Shown: one piece after another, positions 18,519-27,882 of the stretch
Numbering within the stretch: the stretch's first letter is position 1
Layout of the letters: every line of letters starts with the position of its first letter
IMG/VR virus record: IMGVR_UViG_3300029305_004082
DNA from: a virus
Lineage: Duplodnaviria > Heunggongvirae > Uroviricota > Caudoviricetes
DNA length: 64,000 nucleotides
Reading direction: 5' to 3' (one strand)
Position numbers and translations under genes: made by a program
The notes under the pieces: model-generated
The model's database searches: none
Told to the model about the DNA's origin: nothing
What the model saw: only the letters and a program-made list of their open reading frames with translations

Positions 18519-19643
18519 ATGTGTATTATTTGTGCAAAGAATAAGGGAATTGAAATGCCTTCTTGGGACATCATTGAAAATATGTGGTATAATAACACCG
18601 ACGGCGCAGGTCTGATGTGGGTAGAAGACGGCGCTGTTCGTATTTCCAAAGGATATATGAAGTATGAGGACTTTGAGGCCGAGCTGAATAGACTTGGTGA
18701 ACGCCTCGACCTTAAGGAAACCCCTGTTGTAATGCATTTTCGCATAACAACCCATGGCGGAACAAAGCCCGAAAACTGCCATCCGTTTCCTATTACCGAC
18801 CAGATTGGTCTTCTCCAGAAGCTGAGGTGTAATACCGACGTTGGTGTTGCTCACAACGGTATCCTGTCTTTCACCCCCAGAAAGGGGATTTCGGACACGA
18901 TGGAATATATCGCCACACAGCTCGCCATAATCAAGAAAATGAATCGCAAATTCCTCAAGCACGACTACCTGATGCAGCTTATCAAAAATGCTACAGAAGG
19001 AAGTCGTCTTTGTTTTCTGGATAAGTATGGCAAGATTTACACCACGGGCAATTTCATAGAAGACAACGGCATCCTATATAGTAACGGCAACTATAAGTCC
19101 ACGTATTTCTATAGTAGAAAGAAAAATTCCGACAGCACAGAAAAGCTGCTTTGCCACATCGACGACGTTGATATGTTCATAGAGGATAAGGACGGCAAGA
19201 AGGTAGATTCTTTTGCGGCTGATTTCTACGTGGACTACAGCAACAATGTATACTCCTACAGTTATGCAAAGGACGCATTCTATCGGATGTCCGATATGAC
19301 TGCTCGCAAATACCTTGGCAGTGAGGGATTCTGTTATAGTCAGGCGATAATTGCCGATGTGGTAAATGAAAAGGACAACGGCGATATACCCGATTACTGG
19401 TTTGATTACCTCTGCCCTTTTGATGGCGTGGTTCAGTACACCCCGGAAGAAGAGGAATGGGGTGGCAATTTTTACATTGACTCAAAGGGCAGGGTGTATG
19501 AGGAGCTTGAATACGGCATTGCGGTGCTTCTGGAAAATGCTAAGGCGTGTACCTACGATGGTCTTGCTCCTATTTATGCCGATAGAAACGCACTCGAGTT
19601 TACCTGCTGTACGGAGGAAGCATATTATGCTTGGAATAGTTAA
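18519..19643 (+). CDS. class-II (Ntn) glutamine amidotransferase-like protein
   Basis: Starts Met-Cys (MCIICAKNKG) with RBS AGAGAGGAG; HFRITTHG, CHPF, AHNGIL motifs typical of GATase_4/6 / YafJ-type. Confidence 0.6.
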   Translation: MCIICAKNKGIEMPSWDIIENMWYNNTDGAGLMWVEDGAVRISKGYMKYEDFEAELNRLGERLDLKETPVVMHFRITTHGGTKPENCHPFPITDQIGLLQKLRCNTDVGVAHNGILSFTPRKGISDTMEYIATQLAIIKKMNRKFLKHDYLMQLIKNATEGSRLCFLDKYGKIYTTGNFIEDNGILYSNGNYKSTYFYSRKKNSDSTEKLLCHIDDVDMFIEDKDGKKVDSFAADFYVDYSNNVYSYSYAKDAFYRMSDMTARKYLGSEGFCYSQAIIADVVNEKDNGDIPDYWFDYLCPFDGVVQYTPEEEEWGGNFYIDSKGRVYEELEYGIAVLLENAKACTYDGLAPIYADRNALEFTCCTEEAYYAWNS

Positions 19644-19854
19644 ACCATTCCTTTGGAAATTGCGCAAACGGTTTGCGCTGTATTATTACGAATATAAGGA
19701 GTTGTTTGTCCAGGAATACAGTAAGCCGCCCGATACAACAGGCGGCATGATTTTTAAATACGCAGACAGAGAGTTGTACGATACAGCTCTCTTTGTTTTT
19801 AACGTAAAAATGCGGCCTGTGTACGAAGTTAAGGGGATAAAGGTAAGGTTTTAG
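19627..19854 (+). CDS. hypothetical small protein
   Basis: 75 aa, overlaps the 3' end of the GATase gene. Confidence 0.3.
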   Translation: MLGIVKPFLWKLRKRFALYYYEYKELFVQEYSKPPDTTGGMIFKYADRELYDTALFVFNVKMRPVYEVKGIKVRF

Positions 19855-19856
19855 AA

Positions 19857-20072
19857 ATGAAAGTTGTTGATACGTATAACGTAAACCCTCACAGCAAAAT
19901 CTACGGGGTGGAGGTTGATGAAAACAAGTTTGTTGATGTATTCCACAATGAGCACACAGGGCTTATTTATGTAATGAATAATCACGATGGCACTTTAGTT
20001 TACGATAACGAAGGAAAGACATTCGATGCTGATGTAGACGAAGAAGAGATTTTTAAGAGTATTAAGGAATGA
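19857..20072 (+). CDS. hypothetical acidic small protein
   Basis: 71-aa ORF. Confidence 0.4.
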   Translation: MKVVDTYNVNPHSKIYGVEVDENKFVDVFHNEHTGLIYVMNNHDGTLVYDNEGKTFDADVDEEEIFKSIKE

Positions 20073-20075
20073 ATT

Positions 20076-20306
20076 ATGGATACTAATTACATTATGTTAA
20101 GAACAATTGCGGGGCTGATTTGTGACGCGATGGAAGAAGACTACTGGATGGAAGACAGTGCTTTGCTTGATGCATATGGAGAAATAGACAAGGGGGACGA
20201 AATGTCTTGTTCTTGTTGGATTGAAGACATGAGTAACAATGAAGCAAGATGTGTCCTTGAAATTAACGATGACAAATATTATATAGACATTATGCGTAGC
20301 AAATAG
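20076..20306 (+). CDS. hypothetical acidic small protein
   Basis: 76-aa ORF. Confidence 0.4.
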   Translation: MDTNYIMLRTIAGLICDAMEEDYWMEDSALLDAYGEIDKGDEMSCSCWIEDMSNNEARCVLEINDDKYYIDIMRSK

Positions 20307-20317
20307 GGGTTTGTGTT

Positions 20318-20566
20318 ATGGATTGGTACGAGGAAATCGCGAAAAGACTGTGCGAAGGCCGGATGCTTGATGTGTATTCGGACGGTTACGTAATCCTGTG
20401 TCGCAATGAATACGCTTCAAATCTTATGGCTGACCTAATAGAAAGCTTTTATTTATCCGATGGTGAGGAAGTGATTGTTAACACTGGTTACTTTGACCCC
20501 GATGAGGATGAACGAAATGGCGAAACCGACCGTTTTACTGGTTGGTGGTATGTGGATTTGGATTGA
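20318..20566 (+). CDS. hypothetical acidic small protein
   Basis: 82-aa ORF. Confidence 0.4.
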   Translation: MDWYEEIAKRLCEGRMLDVYSDGYVILCRNEYASNLMADLIESFYLSDGEEVIVNTGYFDPDEDERNGETDRFTGWWYVDLD

Positions 20567-20578
20567 TGGAGGTATAAA

Positions 20579-20881
20579 ATGATTGAGAAAACATTGCAAC
20601 TCACACTTCGCTTAAACGAAAACGGTTGGTTTGACGTAGATATATATGAGCTCGAAAGTGGAAGCTCCTTTCAACTAAACTATCCGTACTGCCCCGATGA
20701 ACACCCTGAGTTCAATGAGGACATTGGCGATGAAGTTTATTCGTGGCTTGGTATTATGGTGGAAGATTTGGAAGCACAGCTCACGGACGTTATTAATGCG
20801 AGGGAGAATTCGGAAGATTATCAGAGCCTTCTGGATGAAAGATATCTTGAAATCACAAACTTTTTGGAGGCGATAAAGTAA
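20579..20881 (+). CDS. hypothetical acidic protein
   Basis: RBS GGAGG; 100 aa. Confidence 0.4.
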   Translation: MIEKTLQLTLRLNENGWFDVDIYELESGSSFQLNYPYCPDEHPEFNEDIGDEVYSWLGIMVEDLEAQLTDVINARENSEDYQSLLDERYLEITNFLEAIK

Positions 20882-20884
20882 TTT

Positions 20885-21097
20885 ATGTCATTATGGGATG
20901 ATTTCGAAGCCGATGCCGCGTTTGTATGGGACTTTCCGTTCGGCATACCCTGCGACCACTGGACAACGCGAGATGGCACATTAATTCCTCTTGAAGAAAT
21001 GACAACATCCCACATACGAAACTGTATGCGGCTTGTTGGTGAAGATGATGCATGGTACGGACATTTCCAGAAAGAATTGGAAAGGAGAGGAGTATGA
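20885..21097 (+). CDS. hypothetical protein
   Basis: 70-aa ORF. Confidence 0.4.
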   Translation: MSLWDDFEADAAFVWDFPFGIPCDHWTTRDGTLIPLEEMTTSHIRNCMRLVGEDDAWYGHFQKELERRGV

Positions 21098-21324
21098 ATA
21101 AATATTATAGTTTGCTTATTCGTGGTGGCCGCGCCAGTTATCAAAGCTTTGATACTCTCACTGAATTAACCGAGGAGATTCGTCGTCATTTATCCCCTCG
21201 TGAAATAAATAGCGGTATTTTGGATAAACTCACAAACTTCGATATTCGACGCAAAGACGAAGATGGGCGTGTAGTAAATCATTACCAGAATATCGAAGCT
21301 GACTGCGTTTACTTTGATAAATAA
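21094..21324 (+). CDS. hypothetical protein
   Basis: Start MNKYYSL with RBS AAGGAGAGGAG. Confidence 0.4.
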   Translation: MNKYYSLLIRGGRASYQSFDTLTELTEEIRRHLSPREINSGILDKLTNFDIRRKDEDGRVVNHYQNIEADCVYFDK

Positions 21325-21408
21325 CCTACACAGGAGGTGTTGAAATGAATAACTACATTGTTGGCGGCGTGGCTTGCGGCTTTTGCGTTTAATGCGGGAG
21401 GTAATAAG

Positions 21409-21717
21409 ATGCTCAACTTTGAAAACTATCTGTGTTCTCAAAATGAAACTATCTACGGTTGTGCGTATAGGTTGCTGTGCGCAATGGCCGAGCCGGAAGC
21501 AGACCCATTTGAATCAAGAGATGAGATTATTCCTTGGGATGTAGGAATGATTGTTGAGGTTGTGGAGACAGCAGAAGCTGAACTGGAAAAGCGTGGAATA
21601 CACGCTTGCTATCCTTTCTACGATGATGATGATAAGCCCTGCTATTTGGGTAATGAATGCCAGAAACCTAACTGCCCTATAAAAAGGAGTGCCGCAAATG
21701 AAAATACTGCGTTATAA
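21409..21717 (+). CDS. hypothetical Cys-containing protein
   Basis: Start MLNFENY with RBS GGGAGGT. Confidence 0.4.
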   Translation: MLNFENYLCSQNETIYGCAYRLLCAMAEPEADPFESRDEIIPWDVGMIVEVVETAEAELEKRGIHACYPFYDDDDKPCYLGNECQKPNCPIKRSAANENTAL

Positions 21718-21985
21718 AGGCAAAATTGATTTTGATAATTGGGAAACAGATAGGATGTTTCATGTTGCTACTAATAAACAATATTTGTGGTCTTCAATTT
21801 GTGGTCATTGTATGCGCAAATATGGATTTACAAATGAATCGCCTGAGATTGATTATGATGCCGCAGGTGGAGTTTGTGGATGCTTGGGTTGCCAGCACAC
21901 AACTGAAAGGAATGAGTACCCTGGCTCTATGAGTTATATTGATTTCGATATGGAATTCGTGGAGGTGATTGAGATTGAAGATTAA
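21698..21985 (+). CDS. hypothetical Cys-rich protein
   Basis: Start MKILRYKG with RBS AAAAGGAG; CGHC...CGCLGC. Confidence 0.4.
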   Translation: MKILRYKGKIDFDNWETDRMFHVATNKQYLWSSICGHCMRKYGFTNESPEIDYDAAGGVCGCLGCQHTTERNEYPGSMSYIDFDMEFVEVIEIED

Positions 21986-22328
21986 ATATGGTGAGTGGGT
22001 TTATGGTGAATATGATATGCCGCACTGTTCGGAGTGTGGATATATGGTAACGCCGGATAAAATAACTTCTATGTGCCCCGAATGCAATACGGTTATGGAG
22101 GAAGATGATATGGATAAATTGGCGGCCGCCATTGAAATGGCACTGAACAAATACAGTAGTGATTATATTGACGTGGTATACAATGAAATGTTGGGCTACC
22201 TTGATGTAGTGTATTGCAGTGATAATAATTCATTCCCCATATTTGAAAATGTGGCTAATGTAGACGCAGTAGACAAGCATGAAGTAGCCAAGATGTGCGA
22301 CGATTATTATGTAGGGTTGGTGTGGTAA
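21969..22328 (+). CDS. zinc-ribbon protein
   Basis: Probable TTG start after GGAGGTG; CSECG...CPECN. Confidence 0.35.
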   Translation: MRLKIKYGEWVYGEYDMPHCSECGYMVTPDKITSMCPECNTVMEEDDMDKLAAAIEMALNKYSSDYIDVVYNEMLGYLDVVYCSDNNSFPIFENVANVDAVDKHEVAKMCDDYYVGLVW

Positions 22329-22541
22329 ATATGAATGATGAAAACAGAATTGTGTATGTATCTTATGACGGCGTAGTATTCAGTTCAAACACTGACTGTT
22401 CTGAGTATGAAGGTGATTCCGTAAAGGATATCGTTGGAACGATGGATAGGTTTTAGGAGAAGAAAATATATCTGCGGAAAAGTTTGATGAAGTTGGCAGA
22501 TGGTTTGAAAGTATGGTTTATAAGATAATGGAGGAAAGTTA

Positions 22542-22802
22542 ATGATTTCATTTTCTGATTGGAATGCACTGCTGCTCTACGCCGACGAACTGGAAGAAAA
22601 GTTTGCCGCCGACCACGGAACCAAAATTGTAATTCGCCCCTTCAACAACGTCATGTATGAAAAGTGTATGGCGATTTCTGTTCTGGACTATAAGGGCAAC
22701 GAATTCGGCAAACCCTATTTCACCGTCCCGCTCACCAACCTGCTGGATGGCAAAATAATAATGGCAGAAGCAATAGAGAAGATTGCGAAGTCACTTAAAT
22801 GA
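22542..22802 (+). CDS. hypothetical protein
   Basis: RBS GGAGGAAAG; 86 aa. Confidence 0.45.
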   Translation: MISFSDWNALLLYADELEEKFAADHGTKIVIRPFNNVMYEKCMAISVLDYKGNEFGKPYFTVPLTNLLDGKIIMAEAIEKIAKSLK

Positions 22803-22996
22803 AGACGTACCGCATAGATTACACAACAAGCACCGAGCCCGACAAGGTTCGGTGCGTTTTTATTAAGGCAGAAAGTATGGTGTTGGCAAAACACAAGGTT
22901 GCCAACATGCCATATTGTGACTGGATAGTAAAGAAAATTGAAGCCGATACTGAAAAGAACTACGAAGCGTGGAAGAAATCGTTCGGAGGTAAATGA
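22799..22996 (+). CDS. hypothetical protein
   Basis: 65-aa ORF. Confidence 0.4.
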   Translation: MKTYRIDYTTSTEPDKVRCVFIKAESMVLAKHKVANMPYCDWIVKKIEADTEKNYEAWKKSFGGK

Positions 22997-23283
22997 TGTT
23001 TGTCGTCATTGATTTAAAAACCGATTTGAAATATACAGTGTATGACGTAAGGGTGGATAAAAATGGATACCCCCATTTCCTTATCTATAAAAAAGACGAG
23101 TGGCTCTGGATAAGCGCCAAGCATTTCCGTCCTAAAAATGCATTCGATTAACAGGACAAAATCAGCTCTATTTCAAGAGTAAATGTTTAGACGACCAAGT
23201 TATCGACTAAGGTATGAAACAGGGCTATTTTGCCTAATTTTTCCCAACTGAGTATTCAAAAAATATAAACCAGGAGGTGCAAT

Positions 23284-23742
23284 ATGAGAACTGTAACCGA
23301 AACCATCTATGTAACCAAATATGAAGCGTACGACGGCACCAGATTTGATAATGAAAGTAGTTGCATTGAATATGAAAGAGATATAAAAGCGATACTGAAG
23401 GCGTGGGACGAAATACCCAAGCTCGTGTATAGCAATGAAAGCCTGCCGCTGAATTCCAGTGCAAGCGATGCTAACTTTATTTTGTGGTGCCGAAATGAAA
23501 ACGATATTGATGCCGCTAATGCGTACATAAAGGAATGCAGTGGAACTGATAGAAACTCTTTCCTTACTGATACAGATATTCACAGGCGTGTGATAATTTC
23601 TGTTTGGAATTACTACGATAGCAGAGACGGGTTTGGTGAAGGGACTACTCACTGTGGATATCCGGAGGATATACTTGAATCCTACAAAGAAATGCTGTTT
23701 GCGGCAATACCTGAAGAAATGGAAGGTGGATGGGATGAATGA
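23284..23742 (+). CDS. hypothetical protein
   Basis: RBS CAGGAGGTG; 152 aa. Confidence 0.45.
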   Translation: MRTVTETIYVTKYEAYDGTRFDNESSCIEYERDIKAILKAWDEIPKLVYSNESLPLNSSASDANFILWCRNENDIDAANAYIKECSGTDRNSFLTDTDIHRRVIISVWNYYDSRDGFGEGTTHCGYPEDILESYKEMLFAAIPEEMEGGWDE

Positions 23743-24220
23743 TGAATATTTTGGCGTAGTTCGTTGGTGTAAGGGTGACTTGGAATCCGCCCTTGAAGAC
23801 CACAATATAGCTGTTACAGAAAATAATATTGATAAACTGTTTGGCTTGGTTAACAACCGTTGGTTTACGGATTTTATGATTGAGCGTGGATGGGAATATA
23901 TCAATGAAATGTTCTATATGCATGACGTTGGTTGGGAAGAATACATTATCACGAAAGAAATGATAAGGAAAGAGCTTGAACAGAAAAATGGAACTATAAT
24001 TTTCAATAACGGATACACTGATATATGTTGTTGGATTGGAGACGACTTCGTTTGTCTGGATACAGACAATATGGATTCGGAGCAGTATGAAAGTGAAATA
24101 TCTCTCGATGATAAGGTCAATAATATATTTAATGCGTTAGAAGATTTAAAACACGACAAAGAAGAAGCGGAGCGATACGGCTATTTCTACAGAATATTGA
24201 CGGAGGGATATAATGAGTAA
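23735..24220 (+). CDS. hypothetical protein
   Basis: Start MNDEYFGVVRW overlapping the previous stop; 161 aa. Confidence 0.45.
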   Translation: MNDEYFGVVRWCKGDLESALEDHNIAVTENNIDKLFGLVNNRWFTDFMIERGWEYINEMFYMHDVGWEEYIITKEMIRKELEQKNGTIIFNNGYTDICCWIGDDFVCLDTDNMDSEQYESEISLDDKVNNIFNALEDLKHDKEEAERYGYFYRILTEGYNE

Positions 24221-24527
24221 GAAATGGAAAGATGAAATGAACATCAAGCCCTTTCCTTATACAATAATCACCAACCCTAAGCTCGCAGAATTTATTAGCA
24301 ATAATATGTGGTGGGGATGGTATTTGTCGGCCGATGGAAGTTATTGCTACTCATTTGGAAGATATATTCTTGCTGTTTTTATAAATAGCGACACCGGTGA
24401 ATTAGAAGTAACTGTTGATGATGTAATTACCGACAACAACGTTGCGTGGGAAACCATAGAAAATATCAAAAATCCTTATGAAATAATACGAGGACTAATG
24501 AGGAAATATTGCCTTGAACAAGCATAA
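24213..24527 (+). CDS. hypothetical protein
   Basis: 104-aa ORF. Confidence 0.4.
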   Translation: MSKKWKDEMNIKPFPYTIITNPKLAEFISNNMWWGWYLSADGSYCYSFGRYILAVFINSDTGELEVTVDDVITDNNVAWETIENIKNPYEIIRGLMRKYCLEQA

Positions 24528-24556
24528 ACATATTGCATTAAAAGAGAGGTAGCTAT

Positions 24557-24934
24557 ATGAGCAAAATGTTCATTGTATTATGGATGATTTTCTTCCATAT
24601 CGTAGATGATTATTATCTGCAGGGTTGGTTAGCCTCTTTAAAACAGAAACAGTGGTGGGAAGAAAACGCACCGCAGCCGAAATACAAATATGACTATAGT
24701 TGGGCACTGCTCATGCATAGTTTCAGTTGGGCATTTATGATTATGTTGCCCATTGCCGTAACAATGTCGTTTAATCTGGACAAGGTGTTTATAAGACTCT
24801 TTGTGCTCAATATATGTCTCCATGCGGTTATAGACGATATGAAAGCCAATCGTGGTCTTATAAATCTATGGCAGGACCAGCTCTTACATATAGCACAGAT
24901 AATTCTCACAGCTATTTTCACAATAGGGAGATAA
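24557..24934 (+). CDS. integral membrane protein
   Basis: 125 aa with about 3 hydrophobic helices. Confidence 0.45.
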   Translation: MSKMFIVLWMIFFHIVDDYYLQGWLASLKQKQWWEENAPQPKYKYDYSWALLMHSFSWAFMIMLPIAVTMSFNLDKVFIRLFVLNICLHAVIDDMKANRGLINLWQDQLLHIAQIILTAIFTIGR

Positions 24935-24939
24935 TTAAA

Positions 24940-25695
24940 ATGCGCTATTACGTTCTGGCCGACGTACACGGCTACTACACAAAAATGATAGACAAGCTTA
25001 CCGAGGTGGGGTTCTTTGATGACAAGGAGCCCCACAAACTTATTCTGTGCGGCGACATGATGGACCGTGGCAAAGAAGCTTGCAAGATGCAGGAATTTAT
25101 GTACAAACTCCTGTTGGAAGACAAACTGATATTCATTCGCGGCAACCACGAAGACCTTATGGTAAAAATGCTCGCGGAATTTCCAGAAAGAATGGATGAT
25201 ATTCTGTCGGGATATACGTACCATAATTCAAACCGCACATTCGACACTGCAGTGCAGCTCAGCAAAATGGGCAAAGCCGCCATACGCAACAACCCCTACG
25301 GCTTTATCCGCAAAGTAGCCAATTCTATTTATTGCAAAGACCTCATTCCCGCAAGCATTGATTATTTCGAGGCGCCGCATTACATATTTGTTCATGGCTG
25401 GATACCGCATTGGGGTAACGAGTATCATCACTACTGGCGTGACGCACAACCGCACCAGTGGCGTGAGGCAAGGTGGCACAACGGCATTGACTGCGCTATG
25501 ATGCAAGGCATCACCGAGCCCGGTAAAACCATTGTGTGCGGCCATTGGCATACATCGTATGCTCATTACTATTTTGGAAATCCGCCAGGACAGCAGGAGA
25601 ATTACGCTCCGTTCTATGGCGATGGAATTATCGCACTGGATGGATGTACTGCACTGAGTGGTATCGTGAATTGTGTTGTATTGGAGGACGATTAA
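24940..25695 (+). CDS. metallophosphoesterase (calcineurin-like Ser/Thr phosphatase / diadenosine tetraphosphatase family)
   Basis: DVHG, GDMMDRG, GNHE motifs; RBS AGGGAGATAATTAAA. Confidence 0.65.
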   Translation: MRYYVLADVHGYYTKMIDKLTEVGFFDDKEPHKLILCGDMMDRGKEACKMQEFMYKLLLEDKLIFIRGNHEDLMVKMLAEFPERMDDILSGYTYHNSNRTFDTAVQLSKMGKAAIRNNPYGFIRKVANSIYCKDLIPASIDYFEAPHYIFVHGWIPHWGNEYHHYWRDAQPHQWREARWHNGIDCAMMQGITEPGKTIVCGHWHTSYAHYYFGNPPGQQENYAPFYGDGIIALDGCTALSGIVNCVVLEDD

Positions 25696-25755
25696 TCACC
25701 CCTTTACAGCCCAATCAAAACATGATTTAATGAATTAACAGGAGGATTAATCGAC

Positions 25756-25965
25756 ATGAAAAAACAGGAATACATTGTCAAAAAGTACAACGAGCAGGGC
25801 TGTAATTATGATAATCTCTATTTTGACAACTACAAAGATGCATGGTCGCATACCAACAAGCGGGATATCATGCTTGTGTGCAAACCCGGCAGCGTTTACC
25901 ACGGCGATAACTTCCAAGGATGGACGGCTAAACCCAATGATATAATTAGGACGGTTGCACGATAA
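25756..25965 (+). CDS. hypothetical protein
   Basis: RBS CAGGAGG; 69 aa. Confidence 0.4.
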   Translation: MKKQEYIVKKYNEQGCNYDNLYFDNYKDAWSHTNKRDIMLVCKPGSVYHGDNFQGWTAKPNDIIRTVAR

Positions 25966-25996
25966 CCCACAGCCGCCCATAAAGGAGGATGATACC

Positions 25997-26272
25997 ATGA
26001 AAAACCTTGATAAACACGAATGGGATTTCAGCAAAGAAGAGATATATGCAATTAATTGGCTTGAATCTCATGGGTTTGATGTTGTTCTGAAAAAGCGGTA
26101 CATCTCTAAAGACATTTTTGAGGTCACACGGAACGGAATAAAGGATACTTTTCATCTGCCCCTTGGTGATAAGGATATCAAATACGCAGCCATAATGGAG
26201 CAATTCGATAAATCATTCCAAATGCACGAAGAAATAATACGGCTTCGAGAACAACTAAATGAACGGATATAA
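25997..26272 (+). CDS. hypothetical protein
   Basis: Start MKNLDKHEW with RBS AAAGGAGGATG. Confidence 0.4.
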   Translation: MKNLDKHEWDFSKEEIYAINWLESHGFDVVLKKRYISKDIFEVTRNGIKDTFHLPLGDKDIKYAAIMEQFDKSFQMHEEIIRLREQLNERI

Positions 26273-26275
26273 ATC

Positions 26276-26305
26276 CCATTGCCGCCCGTAGTGGCGGCTT
26301 TTTAA
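26276..26305 (+). terminator. rho-independent terminator
   Basis: GCCGCCCgtagtGGCGGC + TTTTTAATTT. Confidence 0.55.
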
Positions 26306-26321
26306 TTTAAAGGAGGTATCT

Positions 26322-26495
26322 ATGAATCGAGCAGAACATATGCGTACAACAGGCAAGGCGAAGATTGTGCAGGAACGACTGCACGAAAAAGGATTTATAT
26401 GTATAAGCGACACTTGGATGAGGTGGGCAAAGAAATACCTCAACCGCATCGACCGCAGAAAAATAAAGAATATTTATATAGATTTGGAAGACTGA
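26322..26495 (+). CDS. small basic protein (57 aa)
   Basis: RBS AAAGGAGGT; below the ORF-track size cutoff. Confidence 0.35.
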   Translation: MNRAEHMRTTGKAKIVQERLHEKGFICISDTWMRWAKKYLNRIDRRKIKNIYIDLED

Positions 26496-26608
26496 TTTCC
26501 AAAAAAGAAAATGCCGCTACCGGTGGTGCTTGGGGTAGCGGCTAAAAGGTATATGGGCAGTATCGTGCAGAACTGCTTGCCTTATTATACCATAATACGG
26601 CAAAATAA

Positions 26609-26890
26609 TCAAATCGAACGGCGAACATAGGAAGCTATTATTTCAATAAATTGCAACGAAGAAGGTGGCCCATCAAGCTTATATCCAGCTATATCGGATA
26701 AACGAGTTTTATCTACCTGTAAGTTCAAATCTACCGCTGTTGAAAAATAAACATCTCGCATCGCATTATCTAAGCGCGATTCATCTTCGACCACAAGACA
26801 TATGGCGTAAACAAGAGCTGTGAAACCACGGTAACACGGAGTAGCACCAAGGGTTCTGAGAATCTCGGCAATGTAGGACTTCATAAACAA
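26609..26890 (-). CDS. Spo0A C-terminal (DNA-binding, effector) domain homolog, standalone
   Basis: IAEILRTLGATPCYRGFTALVYAICLVVED...YFSTAVDLNLQVDKTRLSDIAGY...PPSSLQFIEIIASYV aligns with B. subtilis Spo0A-C ([23 protein letters not shown]...[23 protein letters not shown]...KPTNSEFIAMVADKL); no receiver domain; a lone minus-strand gene amid plus-strand genes, with its own terminator (hairpin 26507-26536 + T-run on the minus strand). Confidence 0.55.
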   Translation of the reverse strand: MFMKSYIAEILRTLGATPCYRGFTALVYAICLVVEDESRLDNAMRDVYFSTAVDLNLQVDKTRLSDIAGYKLDGPPSSLQFIEIIASYVRRSI

Positions 26891-26980
26891 ACCTTCCTTA
26901 AGGATTTTAGAAAATAATACGACAAAATTGGCGGTAATTGTAGAAAACCGTCAAAAATCGACATACGAAAGGAGCAAGCT

Positions 26981-27226
26981 ATGGAATACAGTATCGTTGG
27001 GTATCTTGGATACAAAGAAGGTGTTGGCGATTTGGTTTTTGAGGATGAAACACAGTTTGTTAACACGGCAAAAGCAGCCGTCGAATATTACAACAGGAAC
27101 GCATTAAAATACAGAGATGCCTGGTGGGGAATAGAGGAAAGTATTTTACAGGCATGTGCTGATAATGGTGTTAAAAACTATAGTTCGGACAGGCGCAAGA
27201 TACTCTTCAGTTCCAGTCTTTCTTGA
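26981..27226 (+). CDS. hypothetical protein
   Basis: 81-aa ORF with RBS AAAGGAG. Confidence 0.4.
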   Translation: MEYSIVGYLGYKEGVGDLVFEDETQFVNTAKAAVEYYNRNALKYRDAWWGIEESILQACADNGVKNYSSDRRKILFSSSLS

Positions 27227-27265
27227 GTTATAATATGAATAAGTAAACGGTAAGAGGTATAAAAT

Positions 27266-27670
27266 ATGATTATTATTCTCGGATTATTTGCGATGGCATT
27301 TCTTTTGAATGGGTTTCTTTCCGACGGTCCAAGCGAAAAAAGAGCATATGCGGAAGTAAAAAAGAATTGCCCGATGTGGAAGCGTGTTGGTTATTTGGAG
27401 AATAACCGAAGTGTGTCAGTGTATGAGATAAACGGTTACTTTTATTCCGCCGAAAATTACAATCCTCAGACAAACACCTATGAGAAATGCCATAAGGCTA
27501 CATGGATAGTTAGTGACAATTACAAGATTTACGACAACGACCTATATACCGCAACAATTATTATGCATGATGATAGGCATGAAGTTAAAAATGTAATCCT
27601 AAAAAATAAGACTAAAATGTGGTCGCGGAAATATTTCAGACAGGAGTGGGGCTGGGTCACATACGAATAA
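27266..27670 (+). CDS. membrane-anchored / secreted hypothetical protein
   Basis: N-terminal hydrophobic segment MIIILGLFAMAFLLNGFL; 134 aa. Confidence 0.45.
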   Translation: MIIILGLFAMAFLLNGFLSDGPSEKRAYAEVKKNCPMWKRVGYLENNRSVSVYEINGYFYSAENYNPQTNTYEKCHKATWIVSDNYKIYDNDLYTATIIMHDDRHEVKNVILKNKTKMWSRKYFRQEWGWVTYE

Positions 27671-27882
27671 CAAAAGAGAAAAGAAAAAGTAACCAAAAAG
27701 AAAAGAGAAAATATTAACTCTATGCTATTACTATAAAATATAGAGAAAATAATAACTCTATACTATTACTATAAAATATTATTAAACCAGCCGTAAAACC
27801 TCTGGCTTGAGCCATGAGGATATAAGGCAGCAGAAGAATATAGTATAATAACAATATCTTTAAGGAAGGAGACCTTAAAAGA

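Noticed and set aside
24694-25292. Minus-strand ORFs of 176 and 105 aa
   Set aside because: They are antisense to the metallophosphoesterase and membrane-protein genes. They are interrupted relative to the strong plus-strand coding signal.
27714-27781. CRISPR-like repeat
   Set aside because: There are only two 32-nt tandem copies with no spacer architecture. It is AT-rich and lies at the left end of the TnpB IS, so it is more likely IS-end or target duplication.
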